A stretch of DNA of 64,000 bases from Heterodontus francisci (GCF_036365525.1 NC_090378.1:111404351-111468350), one strand, 5' to 3'. Counted from the first letter of the stretch, positions 37,791 through 50,222 are shown. Made by a program: numbers and translations. Notes: a model not told the origin generated them from the sequence alone.

Positions 37791-38040
37791 TATATTTATA
37801 ATATATAAAACACACAGATATGTATTGTGCACATATATCATACAGATTCCCATTTTTATAAAATTCATGTAGATACATATACACACACACACTCTTACAA
37901 TTTATATAATTATCTTCATATCATATATACAGATATATATGCACACATGCATGTATCAGACAGATTCATATATAATGCACTTATATTTATACATATAGAT
38001 ATATATCATTCAATTTATAAAGATACACACACACACATGT
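37791..38040. repeat. Degenerate (TA/CA)n low-complexity tract
   Basis: Alternating purine-pyrimidine runs. Confidence 0.8.
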
Positions 38041-38249
38041 TGGGTCCCAGCTGAGGGCCAGAGTGTGGGAACTCCTGCCTTAGGGAGGCCCAGCCCCGCC
38101 CATTCCTGGTGGATAGCAGCTCCACCACCACAAGGAAGCTGTACCCTGCAGTCGGGCAGTTGGGAAAGGAGCCCGCCAGAATGACTGCCGATTGTCAGCG
38201 TCGGTGTACTATATTCACTGAACCAGGAGAGGTTTTAACCAACAGTAAA

Positions 38250-38880
38250 AGAGCAGGAATCTGTTTGCCTATGAATTGAACATTTAAGTTTCAAGAACTG
38301 AGGGAAACTGCCTGCTTATTTGGCTCATATCTGCTCTGTCAGGCAATCACTTTTGGTTTGGAATACATCATTTTATGTTACATCAATCAGCCTGGAGAGT
38401 TTCCGTAATTTACTGCACCCTAATTAGACAAGACTGGCATCCCTTCATGACCTTTGACATTCCTGAGTGACCCCTCTGACCTTAGCAGTGCCCTGCGACC
38501 AGTCCTATCAGCAGCCTTCCATCATCATTCATTTCTTTGGAGAAGACCAAATAAACATTTAGTTAGCTGACCACTTTAGGGAGGCGAATGGGGAAGGGAC
38601 CTCCAGAATAGGAAGGGCAAAAGCTCTCCGATTTCTCTTGAGGCACTCAGGCTGATGACCCTTTGACCTGAAAGAGTTTACTTTAAGCAATGAAGCATTA
38701 GTCATTAATTTCACACATAAACAAATGACATGGGGAGCTCAAGGTCTGCTCAGTCAGTTTATTTGACTTGTTTAAGTATCATTTGAAGAGAGAGTAAGGG
38801 GGAGGGTTGGAGTTTGTTGAGCTAAATGCAAATAGTTGCCGCACACGTGTAATCCTCTTAGCTGGACTGCCACACACCTA
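38250..38880. promoter_or_regulatory. Candidate intronic enhancer (nuclear-receptor direct repeats plus a PBX-HOX site)
   Basis: Repeat-free island with TGATTGATG (minus, 38381-38389), a DR1 at 38448-38460, a DR3 at 38468-38482, a DR2 at 38656-38669 and several TAAT cores. Function is inferred from motifs only. Confidence 0.4.
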
Positions 38881-38964
38881 GAACTAATAAACTTACTGTT
38901 GATCTAGTACAGACACCTAGCCGTACTGAGAGCTGCAAACTCTGCTTAACTGTATTCATGGAGC

Positions 38965-39428
38965 CATAGAATCAGAACAGCACAGAAGGAGGCCATTCAG
39001 ACCATCAAGTCCATGCTGGCTCTCTGTTGATCAATCCAGTCAGTCCCATTTCCCCGCTTGATCCCCATAGACCTATAAGTTTAATTCCCTCAAGTGCCCA
39101 TCCAATTTCCTTTTGAAATCATTCATCATCTCCGCTTCCACCACCCTCGTGAGCAGCGGGTTCCAGGTCATTACCACTCGCTGAGTAAAAAAGGTCTTCC
39201 TCACATTCCCACTGCATCACTTGCCTAAAATCTTAAATCTGTCTCCCCTCGTCCTTGTACCATCAGCTATTTGAAACTGCTTTTCTTTGCTTATCCTATC
39301 CAAACCTGTCATCATGCTGTAACCTCTCTCAAATCTCCCCTCAATTTCCTTTGCTCGAAGGAGAACAACCCCAGCTTCTCCAACCTAACCTTGTGGCTAA
39401 AATCCCTCATCCCTGGAACCATTCTGGA
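38965..39428 (-). mobile_element. CR1 3' fragment
   Basis: RMVPGMRDFS..RLEKLGLFS.EQRKLRGDL remnant, similar to 6490-6955. Confidence 0.85.
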
Positions 39429-40829
39429 GATGGGAATGCAGCAACCTGTAGCTTCTCCCTTTGCACACCTGGAGGACGAGACCACGCCTACTTTTGTGCC
39501 AATTAGGGCCCTGCCAGTCAGTGCCTTCAACATTAACAACAAGATCAAGAGCTAATGGCTAAGGGAGGAAACACAACAAAATTTGAAGTCGAGTACCATT
39601 AGGCGGTTGGTATTTCCCTCAAGTTAGCATCTTCCAGCAACTCCTGCAACTGAAAAGGCCCCAGACATATTGGCTTTCGTCGTTCCTCTGGAGATCAAGG
39701 GGGGAGGTGCAGATGCTAGGCAAGTCTGCACTTCCTAAAGCCATGCCTAGGCTACGCAGAAAACAAAGAAAGGTAACTTTTCGGCTTGGAAGCTAGAATG
39801 TTGGGACTGCGTGTCCTGGAATGAACAGTGATCTACAGTTAGTATACGCAAGACAGTCCTGAATGACAGTGAACTACACAAGCTTGGCTTGCCAATTCTA
39901 CATTGCCATTCTACAAGAAACCAGATTAGCCGATACAGGCTCTATTCGAGAGGCTAATTACACCTTCTTCTGGCATGGTGAAGATTGGCGTGAGAATGGT
40001 GTAGGCTTTGCAGTGAGCAACTGGCTGGCACAGTCAATTGAGCAACCAATTGCAACCTCGGAGTGCCTCATCTCCCTGCAGTTATCATCCAAAGGAGGCA
40101 CAGTCAACGTCACATGCATCTATGCACCAACTCTGAACGTCAGCATCTCAGATAAAGAGCATTTTTATGACTCCCTAGGTGTCACTCTGAGGAACATCCC
40201 AAATGGTGAGAGACCATTCATCCTGGGTGACTTCAACGCATGGGTTGGGGCAAACAGTGATTCATGGTCAATGTGCTTCAGTTGTCATGGGATGGGTAAG
40301 ATCAATGACAATGGACAATGCCTTCTTGAGCTTTGTGCCCTGAATGAACTCTGCATCACCAATACCTTCTTCCAGGGCACACATCAGCACAAGGTATCAT
40401 GGCGTCACCCAAGGTCTAGACATTGACTCCTCACAAGGAGGCACGATTTGCCCAGTGTTCTTCAGATCCACACCTACCATAGAGCAGATTGTGACACCGA
40501 CCACTCTCTTATCAGCAGTGGCGTGAAGGTGCACCCCCAAAAGTTCCACAGCTCCAAACATGACAGCCCGTCATGCATCAACATACCCTGCATAAGTAAT
40601 GATAATACTAGCACTGTCGCTAGAATATTTACTACCCACCAAAGCCTTAACGGGAAACACTGATGCAGGCATTGATGATGTTTGGAAGTCACTAAGCTCA
40701 ATCATCTATGAAGCAGCAGAAGCATCATTTGATAAAGGCAGAACCCGCAACAAGGGCTGCTTTGAGACCTACTCAGCTGAGATGGTATCTGTCATTGATG
40801 CAAAAAAACAAAGCCAACATGATACACAA

Positions 40830-42823
40830 AGAACAAAGAAAATTACAGCACAGGAACAGGCCCTTCGGCCCTCCAAGCCTGCGCCGATCCAGATCCTCTA
40901 TCTAAACATGTCGCCTATTTTCTAAGGGTCTGTATCTCTTTGCTTCCTGCCCATTCATGTATCTGTCTAGATACATCGTAAAAGACGCTATCGTGCCCGC
41001 GTCTACCACCTCCGCTGGCAATGCGTTCCAGGCACCCACCACCCTCTGCGTAAAGAACTTTCCACGCATATCCCCCCTAAACTTTCCCCCTCTCACTTTG
41101 AACTCGTGACCCCTAGTAATTGAATCCCCCACTGTGGGAAAAAGCTTCTTGCTATCCACCCTGTCTATACCTCTCATGATTTTGTACACCTCAATCAGGT
41201 CCCCCCTCAACCTCCGTCTTTCTAATGAAAATAATCCTAATCTACTCAACCTCTCTTCATAGCTAGCGCCCTCCATACCAGGCAACATCCTGGTGAACCT
41301 CTTCTGCACCATCTCCAAAGCATCTACATCCTTTTGGTAATGTGGCAACCAGAACTGCACGCAGTATTCCAAATGTGGCCGAACCAAAGTCTTATACAAC
41401 TGTAACATGACCTGCCAACCCTTGTACTCAATACCCCGTCCGATGAAGGAAAGCATGCCGTATGCCTTCTTGACCACTCTATTGACCTGCGTTGCCACCT
41501 TCAGGGAACAATGGACCTGAACACCCAAATCTCTCTGGACATCAATTTTCCCCAGGACTTTTCCATTTACTGTATAGTTCACTCTTGAATTGGATCTTCC
41601 AAAATGCATCACCTCGCATTTGCCCTGATTGAACTCCATCTGCCATTTCTTTGCCCAACTCTCCAATCTATCTATATTCTGCTGTATTCTCTGACAGTCC
41701 CCTTCACTATCTGCTACTCCACCAATCTTAGTGTCGTCTGCAAACTTGCTAATCAGACCACCTATACTTTCCTCCAAATCATTTATGTATATCACAAACA
41801 ACAGTGGGCCCAGCACGGATCCCTGTGGAACACCACTGGTCACACGTCTCCATTTTGAGAAACTCCCTTCCACTGCTACTCTCTGTCTCCTGTTGCCCAG
41901 CCAGTTCTTTATCCATCTAGCTAATACACCCTGGACCCCATGTGACTTCACTTTCTCCATCAGCCTACCATGGGGAACCTTATCAAACGCCTTACTGAAG
42001 TCCATGTATATGACACCTACAGCCCTTCCCTCATCAATCAACTTTGTCACTTCCTCAAAGAATTCTATTAAGTTGGTAAGACATGACCTTCCCTGCACAA
42101 AACCATGTTGCCTATCACTGATAAGCCCATTTTCTTCCAAATGGGAATAGATCCTATCCCTCAGTATCTTCTCCAGCAGCTTCCCTACCACTGACGTCAG
42201 GCTCACCGGTCTATAATTACCTGGATTTTCCCTGCTACCCTTCTTAAACAAAGGGACAACATTAGCAATTCTCCAGTCCTCCGGGACCTCACCCATGTTT
42301 AAGGATGCTGCAAAGATATCTGTTAAGGCCCCAGCTATTTCCTCTCTCGCTTCCCTCAGTAACCTGGGATAGATCCCATCCGGACCTGGGGACTTGTCCA
42401 CCTTAATGCCTTTTAGAATACCCAACACTTCCTCCCTCCTTATGCCGACTTGACCTAGAGTAATCAAACATCTGTCCCTAACCTCAACATCCGTCATGTC
42501 CCTCTCCTCGGTGAATACCAATGCAAAGTACTCGTTTAGAATCTCACCCATTTTCTCTGACTCCACGCATAACTTTCCTCCTTTGTCCTTGAGTGGGCCA
42601 ATCCTTTCTCTAGTTACCCTCTTGCTCCTTATATATGAATAAAAGGCTTTGGGAATTTCCTTAACCCTGTTTGCTGAAGATATTTCATGATACCTTTTAG
42701 CCCTCTTAATTCGTCGTTTCAGATTGGTCCCACGTTCCCGATATTCTTTCAAAGCTTCGTCTTTCTTCAGCCTCCTAGACCTTATGTATGCTTCCTTTTT
42801 CCTCTTAGCTAGTTTCACAATTT
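40830..42823 (-). mobile_element. Young 5'-truncated CR1 with an uninterrupted RT reading frame, inserted in the RTE
   Basis: 645-aa stop-free ORF (40902-42839) with all RT motifs and the natural C-terminus, an ACAAAGA tail, and a probable TSD CACAA (40825-40829 and 42824-42828). Confidence 0.95.
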
Positions 42824-44469
42824 CACAACATAAACCCAACAGCTAAGAAACTGCATGAGCTGAAAGTAGCCAAGACAGCCATGCAAAGGAGAGGGAGATA
42901 CTGCACAAACACTGGATTAGCTTATGTCAAGAAATCTAAACTGCATGTGACAAAGGAAATCTGTGAGCTGTGCATGAAGGGATCAAGAGGGCGCTTGGCC
43001 CTGCCATCACTAAAGTTGTTCCCCTGAAGTCAGTAGGTGGTGATGTACTCACCGACAGAAGTAACACTACTGTGAGCTGTACCCCTGTGAGTCAAACATC
43101 TCCCAGTCTGCGTTCAACGCTCTCCCGCAACTTCCTATCATGGATGAGATAGATGAAGAACCCTCATCACTGGAGCTCGAGAATCCATAGATTGCTTCGC
43201 AAACAGAAGGGCACTAGCCAAAGGCGGAATCCTCGCCAAACTGCTCAAGCAGGGAAAATCCCATCTATTGCCACCCCTTTATGACCTTCTCCTTCTCTGC
43301 TGGAAAGTTGGCTCTGTTCCACTGGAGATGCTTGATGCCAAAATCATCAGACTATACAAAAACAAAGGCAGTAGAGGAGATTGCAACAGGGTATCTCACT
43401 CCTTAACACCACGGGGAAGGCCTTTGCGGGTGCCTTACTTAAAAGACTCCATTTACTTGCAGACCAAGTGTACCCGGAAGCACAGTGCGGTTTCTGTGCT
43501 GGCAGATCTACTGTGGATATGATCTTCTCCATACACCAGCTATAACAGAACCGTAGGGAACAGAGTATACCCCTTTACCTTACTTTTGTAGATCTCATTA
43601 AGGTATTGGACACCATCAGCACAGCAGGACTCTACAAGATTTTGGGAAAACTGGCTGTCTGCCGAAGCTCCTCAGTCTCATCCACTCCTTCCACGATAAC
43701 ATGTACTGCACTGTACAGCTTGATGGCTCCACTTTCAACAGTTTCAGAGTGAAGAATGGAGTGAAACAGGGTTGTGTCCTAGTCCCCACTCTGTTTGGCA
43801 TTTTCTTCTCCATGCTCCTAACCTTTGCCTTCCCTGCAGATATGGAAGGAGTCTACTTTCACACTAAGTCAGCTGGCAAGTTCTACAATCTATCAAGGCT
43901 GAAAGCGAAGACAAAAACACATCACCTGATCAGAGAACTCCTCTATGCTGATGATGCTGTGCTAATCACTCACACAGAAACTCAGCTACAAGGACTCATG
44001 GACTGTCTCTCCCATGCCTGTAACTTGCCTTTGACCATAAGCGTTAAGAAAACCGTGGTCATGGGACAAGGTGTTGCATCTCCGCCCCTGATCACATTGA
44101 ATAATACCCTACTGGAAGTGGTTAGCAAATTCTGCTTCCTTGGGTCCACAGTGACAGACAATATTCCCTTGATGCAGAGCTCCATACACGCATAGGGAAA
44201 GCAGCAACCACCTTTGGCCGACTCACGAAACGTGCATGGGCTAACACCAAGCTGACCCTTCGGACCAAGCTGATGGTTGATAAGGCCTGTGTTCTCAGCA
44301 CCTTGCTGTATGGCTGTGAAATATGGGTGACTTTCTACTTGGCTGTTTCTACTACTGTATTATTGTCTCATTCGTGGATTCGTCCTAAATCAGAATAACA
44401 AGATCTATTAATATTAGCAACTTAAAATAGATCCAGATTAATTGTTACAAATATTTAAACTTTATGCAG

Positions 44470-44770
44470 TAAGAAATATAAACAAGAGGAGGCCATTCAG
44501 CCCCTCAAGCCTGCTTTGTCATTGCTGATCTTTTTCTTAACTCCATTTATCCGAATTTGCTCCATTTCCCTCGATATTCTTACCCAACAGAAACCTATCA
44601 ACCTCAGTTTTGAAAGCTCCAGTTATACCCCAGCAATCAAAGCTTTTTGGGGGAGAGGATTCCAGATTCCCAATCCACTTGAGTGAAGAAATACTTCCTG
44701 ACATCACCTCTGAACAACCCATGGCCCCTCGTTCTGGACTCTCCCACTGGAGGAAATCGTTTCTTTGTGG
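44470..44770 (-). mobile_element. CR1 3' tail fragment
   Basis: AFKTEVDRFLLGK remnant and aggaggccattcagcccctcaagcctgct tail. Confidence 0.7.
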
Positions 44771-45069
44771 GACCAGGGAAATCTGCCCCTGAAGATACCT
44801 CTTGAGGCACCACAATACATACTCAGGAGGCCAACTGAAGTCAAAAACTTGGATGTTCCTGTTAAAGACCCAGCCTTCCAGTCAGTGAGGGCTGCCACTA
44901 GTTCAGTGAGATAGTTAAGCAGGAAGACTCTCATATCTGAGCCCCTGTAAGCAGCGTAAAGTGTGCACCACCAGCATAGGAATACTGTCCACATGAAATA
45001 TAGACGACCGATGTACTCAAGAGAGAACTGCCACTAAAAAAAGGATGCATTCATATTGCGCTTTTCAGT

Positions 45070-45335
45070 TGTGATTGAGGAATAAATATTGACCAGGACA
45101 CCGGGGAGAACTTGCCCTGCTTGTCTTCGAAGAGTGTTGTGCATTGTAACCAAGAGGGTAGATAGGGCCTCAGTTTAACATCTTATCCAAAAGACAGCAC
45201 CTCCGACAGGGCAGCACTCTCTCAGTACTGCATTGGAGAGTCAGCTTGGATTACATGCTCCAGTCTCTGGTGTGGCAATTGTACCCACAACCGTCCAGCT
45301 CAGAGGCAAGAGCGTTTGCCACTGAGACATGGCGG
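45070..45335 (-). mobile_element. DeuSINE
   Basis: Reverse complement of the head and Deu core (aatattgaccaggacaccggggagaac..ggcctcagtttaacatct..gacagcacctccgacag.gcagcactc). Confidence 0.75.
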
Positions 45336-46719
45336 GCACTGCTAACTAACTTGCTGCGACTCAGTCCTCTGGCTGGCACTAGAATCTTTCTCACCAGAGA
45401 GTGGGGAAGGTGCTTGTTGTTAGGCTGCCCTGAACCCACCAGGGCAATCACAATGTCTCAGTTATTCAGTTTGAGCAACCTTCAGATTGTGTAAGCTGCC
45501 TGAGCCTGTGTTCTCAGCACTTTGTTGTATGGCTGTGAAACGTGGGCGACTTACATCTACCAAGAAAAGAAGCTCAATAATTTCCATCTTCACTGTCTGC
45601 GGCGCATTTTGGGTATATCCTGGCAGGAAAAAATTATAAATGTGGCAGGGCTCTCAATGGCAGAGCTCCCAAGTGTGTTGGCACTAATCAAACAGAGGGA
45701 GCTTCGGTAGATCAGACAGGTCCGCAGGATGGAAGATGGTCGCTTACCCAAGAACCTTCTGTATGGTGAGGTAGCTGGGGCCAGATGACCAGTGGGGTGC
45801 CCAAAGCTCCGTTTCTAGGATGCTTGCAAGCGTGACGTGAGGGCCCTAAATGTTGTCTATCACACCTGGGAGTCACTAGCTGGTGAAAGAGGGAAATGGT
45901 AACACATCCTGTGGACTGGTGTGCACTACCATGACAACCAGTGGCTACAGCAGCTTGGCAACTGGTGCCAACATCAAAAACAACAACTCACAGTGTCACT
46001 TGTGGCAGATCCTGCTTCTCAAGGATTGGCCTTCACAGCCATCAGCAAAGGTGCACCAAGAGAATACACCCCACCTAAATAGATTGTTTGCTGTATGTCC
46101 ATCATCTTTTGTAGATGGAAGGATGCCAACCTGGGACTTTGGGAGTCCGATGACAGGAAGAGCAAACCTCCCATGAGTGTTGAGAGCAGATTTTAGCATC
46201 AGTGATTTGTTATGAACAAATATTTTTTTGAAGATAAAACATACCTCCAATGGGTTTGCAAGGAGGTAGCTCCCTTCACCCATTAAATCAGACAACTGCC
46301 TATTAATTAAATTAAATGTTGCGCCAACTTCAGTAAGATTCATTGCCAGGCGGGCAGGCCGCAATGCTTCCGAGATGAATGATAAAGGGTCCGAAATCTT
46401 GGAATAGCATGTGCAGTGTTCCCCATGCACTTACTGAGTTCATCATTGTCGTTTTGAATGCTACTTAGCTCTCTGTAATACCCTGTGACAAACACATCCA
46501 GGCCTGTGACACTCTCCTCTCGACATGTACTCCTTGCACTACACAATATGATTGGTCGAAGGATGCTTTTCTGTCCCATTGGGAGAACTGCGGGGTGCAG
46601 GGGTTGGGGTGGGGGGGGTTCAGTTTTTACACACGCTCCACACCTTCTGACACCACGCTCAGGTGGTCATTAGTCAAGCTTCAATCATGACCTTTCACCC
46701 TTCATTAACATCAACTCAT

Positions 46720-47600
46720 CCAAAACTCTGCTGCTAATTTGCACGAAGTCATATTCACCCATCACCCCTGTACTCTCTACATTGGTGCCCGGTTCGGCCA
46801 GGCCTTGATTTTAGAATTCTCATTCTTGTTTTCAAATCCCTCCATGGCCTCATCCCTCCCGCTCTCTGTTAATCTCCTCCAGCCTCACAACCATCTGGGA
46901 TATCTGCACTCCTTCAATGCTGGCCTCTTGAATATCCCCGATTTTAATCACTTCACCACTTTATTAAAATGTATTTTGGGATGTGAGCATTGTTGGCAAG
47001 GCCAGCATTTATCGGCCATCCCTAATTGTCCTTGAGAAAGTGGTGCTAAATAATCTTCGTGAATTCAACTGAATGGCTTGCTAGGCCATTTCAGAGGGCA
47101 GTTAAGAGCCACCCACATTACTGTGAGTCTGGAGTCACATATAGGGCAGACCAGGTGAGGTCAGCAGATTCTATTCCCTACAGGACATTAGTGGACCAAA
47201 TGGGTTTTTACCACAATCCACTAATTTTATGGTCACCATTAATGATGCCAGCTTTATTTAATTAATTTGAAATTCCCCAGCTGCCAAGGTGGGATTTAAA
47301 CTCATGTCTCCAGATCATTAGTCCAGACTTCTGGATTATTAATTCAGTAACATAACCAGCATGCTACTGTACGATTGCTGGCCATGCCATCAGCTGCCTA
47401 GGCCCGAAGCTCTGGAATTCCCTTGCTCTGCCTCTCTTCCTCTCTCTCTTTCTTTAAGACACGCCTTAAAGGCAACCTTTATCTGTCTTAATACCCCTTA
47501 TGTGGCTCGGTGTCAAATTTTATTTAATAAAGCTCCAATGAAATGCCTTGGGATTTTTTACTTTGTTAAAGGCACTATATAGATGCAACTTGTTGTTGAG
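46720..47600 (+). mobile_element. L2-type LINE 3' fragment split by a SINE
   Basis: caaaactctgctgc..cacccatcacccctgt..tacattgg..aaatccctccatggcc (QNSAA/ITPVL/HW-like). It stops at ~46960 and resumes at ~47375. Confidence 0.7.
46965..47372 (-). mobile_element. tRNA-headed SINE combining the 10643-type head with the 51030/61760-type LINE tail
   Basis: The minus strand has a degenerate A box, GAGTTTAAATCCCACC (B-box-like), a body similar to 10800-10930, then CACCACTTTCTCAAGGACAATTAGGGATGG..ATAAATGCTGGCCTTGCCA..CACATCCC. Confidence 0.7.
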
Positions 47601-47959
47601 TCCCCTGCGAGCTGATTCTGGAAAGTTCTCGACTAAGTACTGGCTGATCATCCTACGGCTCCCGATTAGTTTTGACACGCGGCATAAATCCATTTATTTG
47701 TCTCTGCAAAGTTTTGAGTTGCGTCTGTCACACTATGTCACACAACACAAGCCAGATATAATGGCCGTGAAAGCTGCCGGATTGCCATAAAAACCCAACT
47801 GGTTCGTTAACGTCCTTTGGGGGGGTGGGTGTGGGGGGGGCGGGGGGAACTGCTGTTCCTCTCCCCATGCCACCCTGGTCTGATTTGGCCTGTCCGTAAC
47901 TCCAGTCCCAAAATACATAGTGAGGGGGCAACAAATTGCCATCCACATCCCAGAAACAA

Positions 47960-48330
47960 AATTAAACACTTTTGCATTGTAGTTACTATTGTATGTAGGA
48001 AATGAGACAGCCAATTTGCACACAGCAAGCTCCCACAAACAGCAATGAGATAATGAGCAGATAAACTGCTTCACTGATGCTGGTAGAGGGACCAATATTA
48101 GCCAAGACTCCTCTGTTTTTCTTTGAATTACGCTGTGGAATGTTTTATAACCACCTGAGAGAACAGACAGATCCTCGGCTTATCATCTCACCCAAAAAGA
48201 CAGCAGGGCACTCCACAGTACTGCACTGGGAACATTAACCAGGATTGCATGCTCAAGTCCCTTGAGCGAGATTTGAACTCTCAACCACCCAACTCAGAGG
48301 TAAGAATGCTACGCACTGAGCCACATTTAA
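47960..48330 (-). mobile_element. DeuSINE
   Basis: cagccaatttgcacacagcaagctcccacaaacagcaatgag..ccacctgagaga.cagac..catctca.ccaaaaagacagca..gatttgaactc. Confidence 0.7.
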
Positions 48331-48879
48331 CCCTGGGCAGCAGGCTCCCTTTATTGCTGTTAGTCTGTGGAGCTGATCAGGCAAGGGAGTGGGGGATATG
48401 CCCGGTCAATGTTTCTCACAGCCCACAGACAGGTTGGCAGGGCATCAATTAACATTCATGACATACGAGGTGGAATGGGCTCAAGGGTAAGTGAACTCAA
48501 GAGTGTAAAAATTTGTGCCCCCTATGTAGTATGGCAAGGGCAAAGAGCAGAATACAGTTGCAAAGCAAGAACTTGCACTGCTTTTGTACCTGATCCTGCC
48601 CTCAGGCAGTCCCAAAGCACTTCACAACCAAGGAATTACTTCTAAGCGCTGTTGTTCTGTAGGTAAATTTAACGGGCCACTTTCTGGATTCCGCAAGTCA
48701 TGGAGATAAGCGTCCAGTTATTCTGGTCAGACTGCTCATTTCATCAGGGCCCAATGCATAGGGTCGAGACCATGCATATGCAAACAGGCCACTAACATGA
48801 CAAAACGAGGACTAGTGAGAGATACAGGACAGGCCAAAGATAGGCAACAGCACGGAACAGAGAGAGAGAGAAAGAGAGA

Positions 48880-49110
48880 GAGAAAATGTGGGTGTCAATT
48901 AAATAAATCAACTCTGATGCCTCTATAGGGCTGACAGCTCGGCTTAAAGATTCTGACAGCCTTCTCTCGGTGGCTTCTAATCTCATAGCGGTCCCTGGAG
49001 CCCATGACCAGCAGTGCTAGGCTGAGTGGACACATACACTTCGCATGGTGCTTCGATCCCTGCAGCTGTTCTGCTTGGCCTGCCTCTAATGATGGTAATT
49101 AGCATGGAGT
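48880..49110. promoter_or_regulatory. Candidate intronic enhancer (PBX-HOX and MEIS-type sites)
   Basis: TGATTTAT (minus, 48903-48910), TGACAG at 48932 and 48954, and TGACA (minus) at 48893. Function is inferred from motifs only. Confidence 0.35.
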
Positions 49111-49169
49111 GGGCCCAGGCCCGGAAACAGCGGGCCCACAGCCTGACTGCAACAAGGCAAGTCCTTTAC

Positions 49170-49450
49170 ACACAGCACACGGAACAGACATGCACACATA
49201 GACATAGACACAGACATAGACACACAGACAGAGAAATACGCAGACACACATACAGAGACATAGGCAGAGACATAGAATCACATACCACACACAACAGACA
49301 CGCACACACAGACATAAACACAGACACACAAACAGACACAGACACACAAACAGACATAGAATCACATACAGATAGACACACAGACCACACACAACATTCA
49401 GACACACACAAACACAGACTTAGACACAGGCGCATTGACACACAAACAGA
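49170..49450. repeat. Degenerate (CA)n/(CAGACA)n microsatellite
   Basis: Direct inspection. A similar tract lies at 50240-50395. Confidence 0.85.
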
Positions 49451-49459
49451 AATGAGGGA

Positions 49460-50222
49460 ATCTGATCAGCCCCATGGAGGTGGGACCGAGAGTTAAATTT
49501 GAAAATAAGGCGTCGGCTCAGCTGCCCGACCTGTTCCCATCTCCAAGTGATCTTGCCGGAGGTGGGGTCAATGCGGCAGCGTCTACCCCACCTGGCAAGG
49601 TCTACCTCGCCCGGCAGCGTCTACCCGCTCGGCAGTGTCCATTTGCCCGGCCGCAGCGGGTAGCAAATTAGACCAATTAAAGGACCAAATGGCGGTAAGT
49701 TCCTGACGCTGCCGGGAACTTCCTGACATTGGATGGCCTCCCAGCTGAGGCCGGAGCACGGCAGCTTCCTGGAGGCTGCCTCCTGGTGGTGACCAGGGTG
49801 AGGGGGGGCGCCATTGACACCTCCTCTCAATCCCACAATCGTGGAGTTGCTGGGTTGAGAAGGCCAAAGCCACAGCCACAAGCAATCCTGTCGAGGGGCT
49901 CCCCCTCCACAATGATGGCCCTGACAGCTGTAGCCATTGTTTAATTTTACATTTTATGAAGTCTTCAGAGAGTCCCTCCATTTTGAGGCACCCTCGCATT
50001 CTCCTGCCTGTCGCAGCAGTGCCCAGCTCTCCCAGTTGGGCTCACGGCTCTCCAGAGCTTCAAGCCCTTGGACTGGGCCTGTTGCCTCGGGAACACGCCC
50101 GCCATCCTTAATTGGACAGCGAATGCAGAGGCAGCCTCTTAATTGGTTACCTGGTCGCCATGCGGCCAGACAACACCAGTGAGCTTCGGACCTGCTCTTG
50201 GTACTGACTGCAGAAAAATTTC
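49460..50222. mobile_element. GC-rich non-coding MITE-like element
   Basis: CCAATTAAAGG, CCTCCATTTTGAGGCACCCTC and CCTTAATTGGACAG motifs shared with 32620-33332. Confidence 0.5.

Larger units (their letters stand above)
39430..46130 (+). mobile_element. Near full-length decayed RTE-clade LINE carrying two internal insertions
   Basis: EN motifs (ILQETRL, YTFFWHG, GVGFAV, IYAPT, ILGDFNA.VG, ITNTFF, TDH) at 39860-40520. RT motifs (GVKQGCVL.PTLF, LLYADD, LYGCETW) at 43270-45700. 3' end GTAGATGGAAGGATGCC at ~46111-46127. Confidence 0.88.

Noticed and set aside
49026-49496. His/Thr/Asp-rich and Cys/Val-rich ORFs
   Set aside because: They are translations of a (CA)-rich microsatellite.
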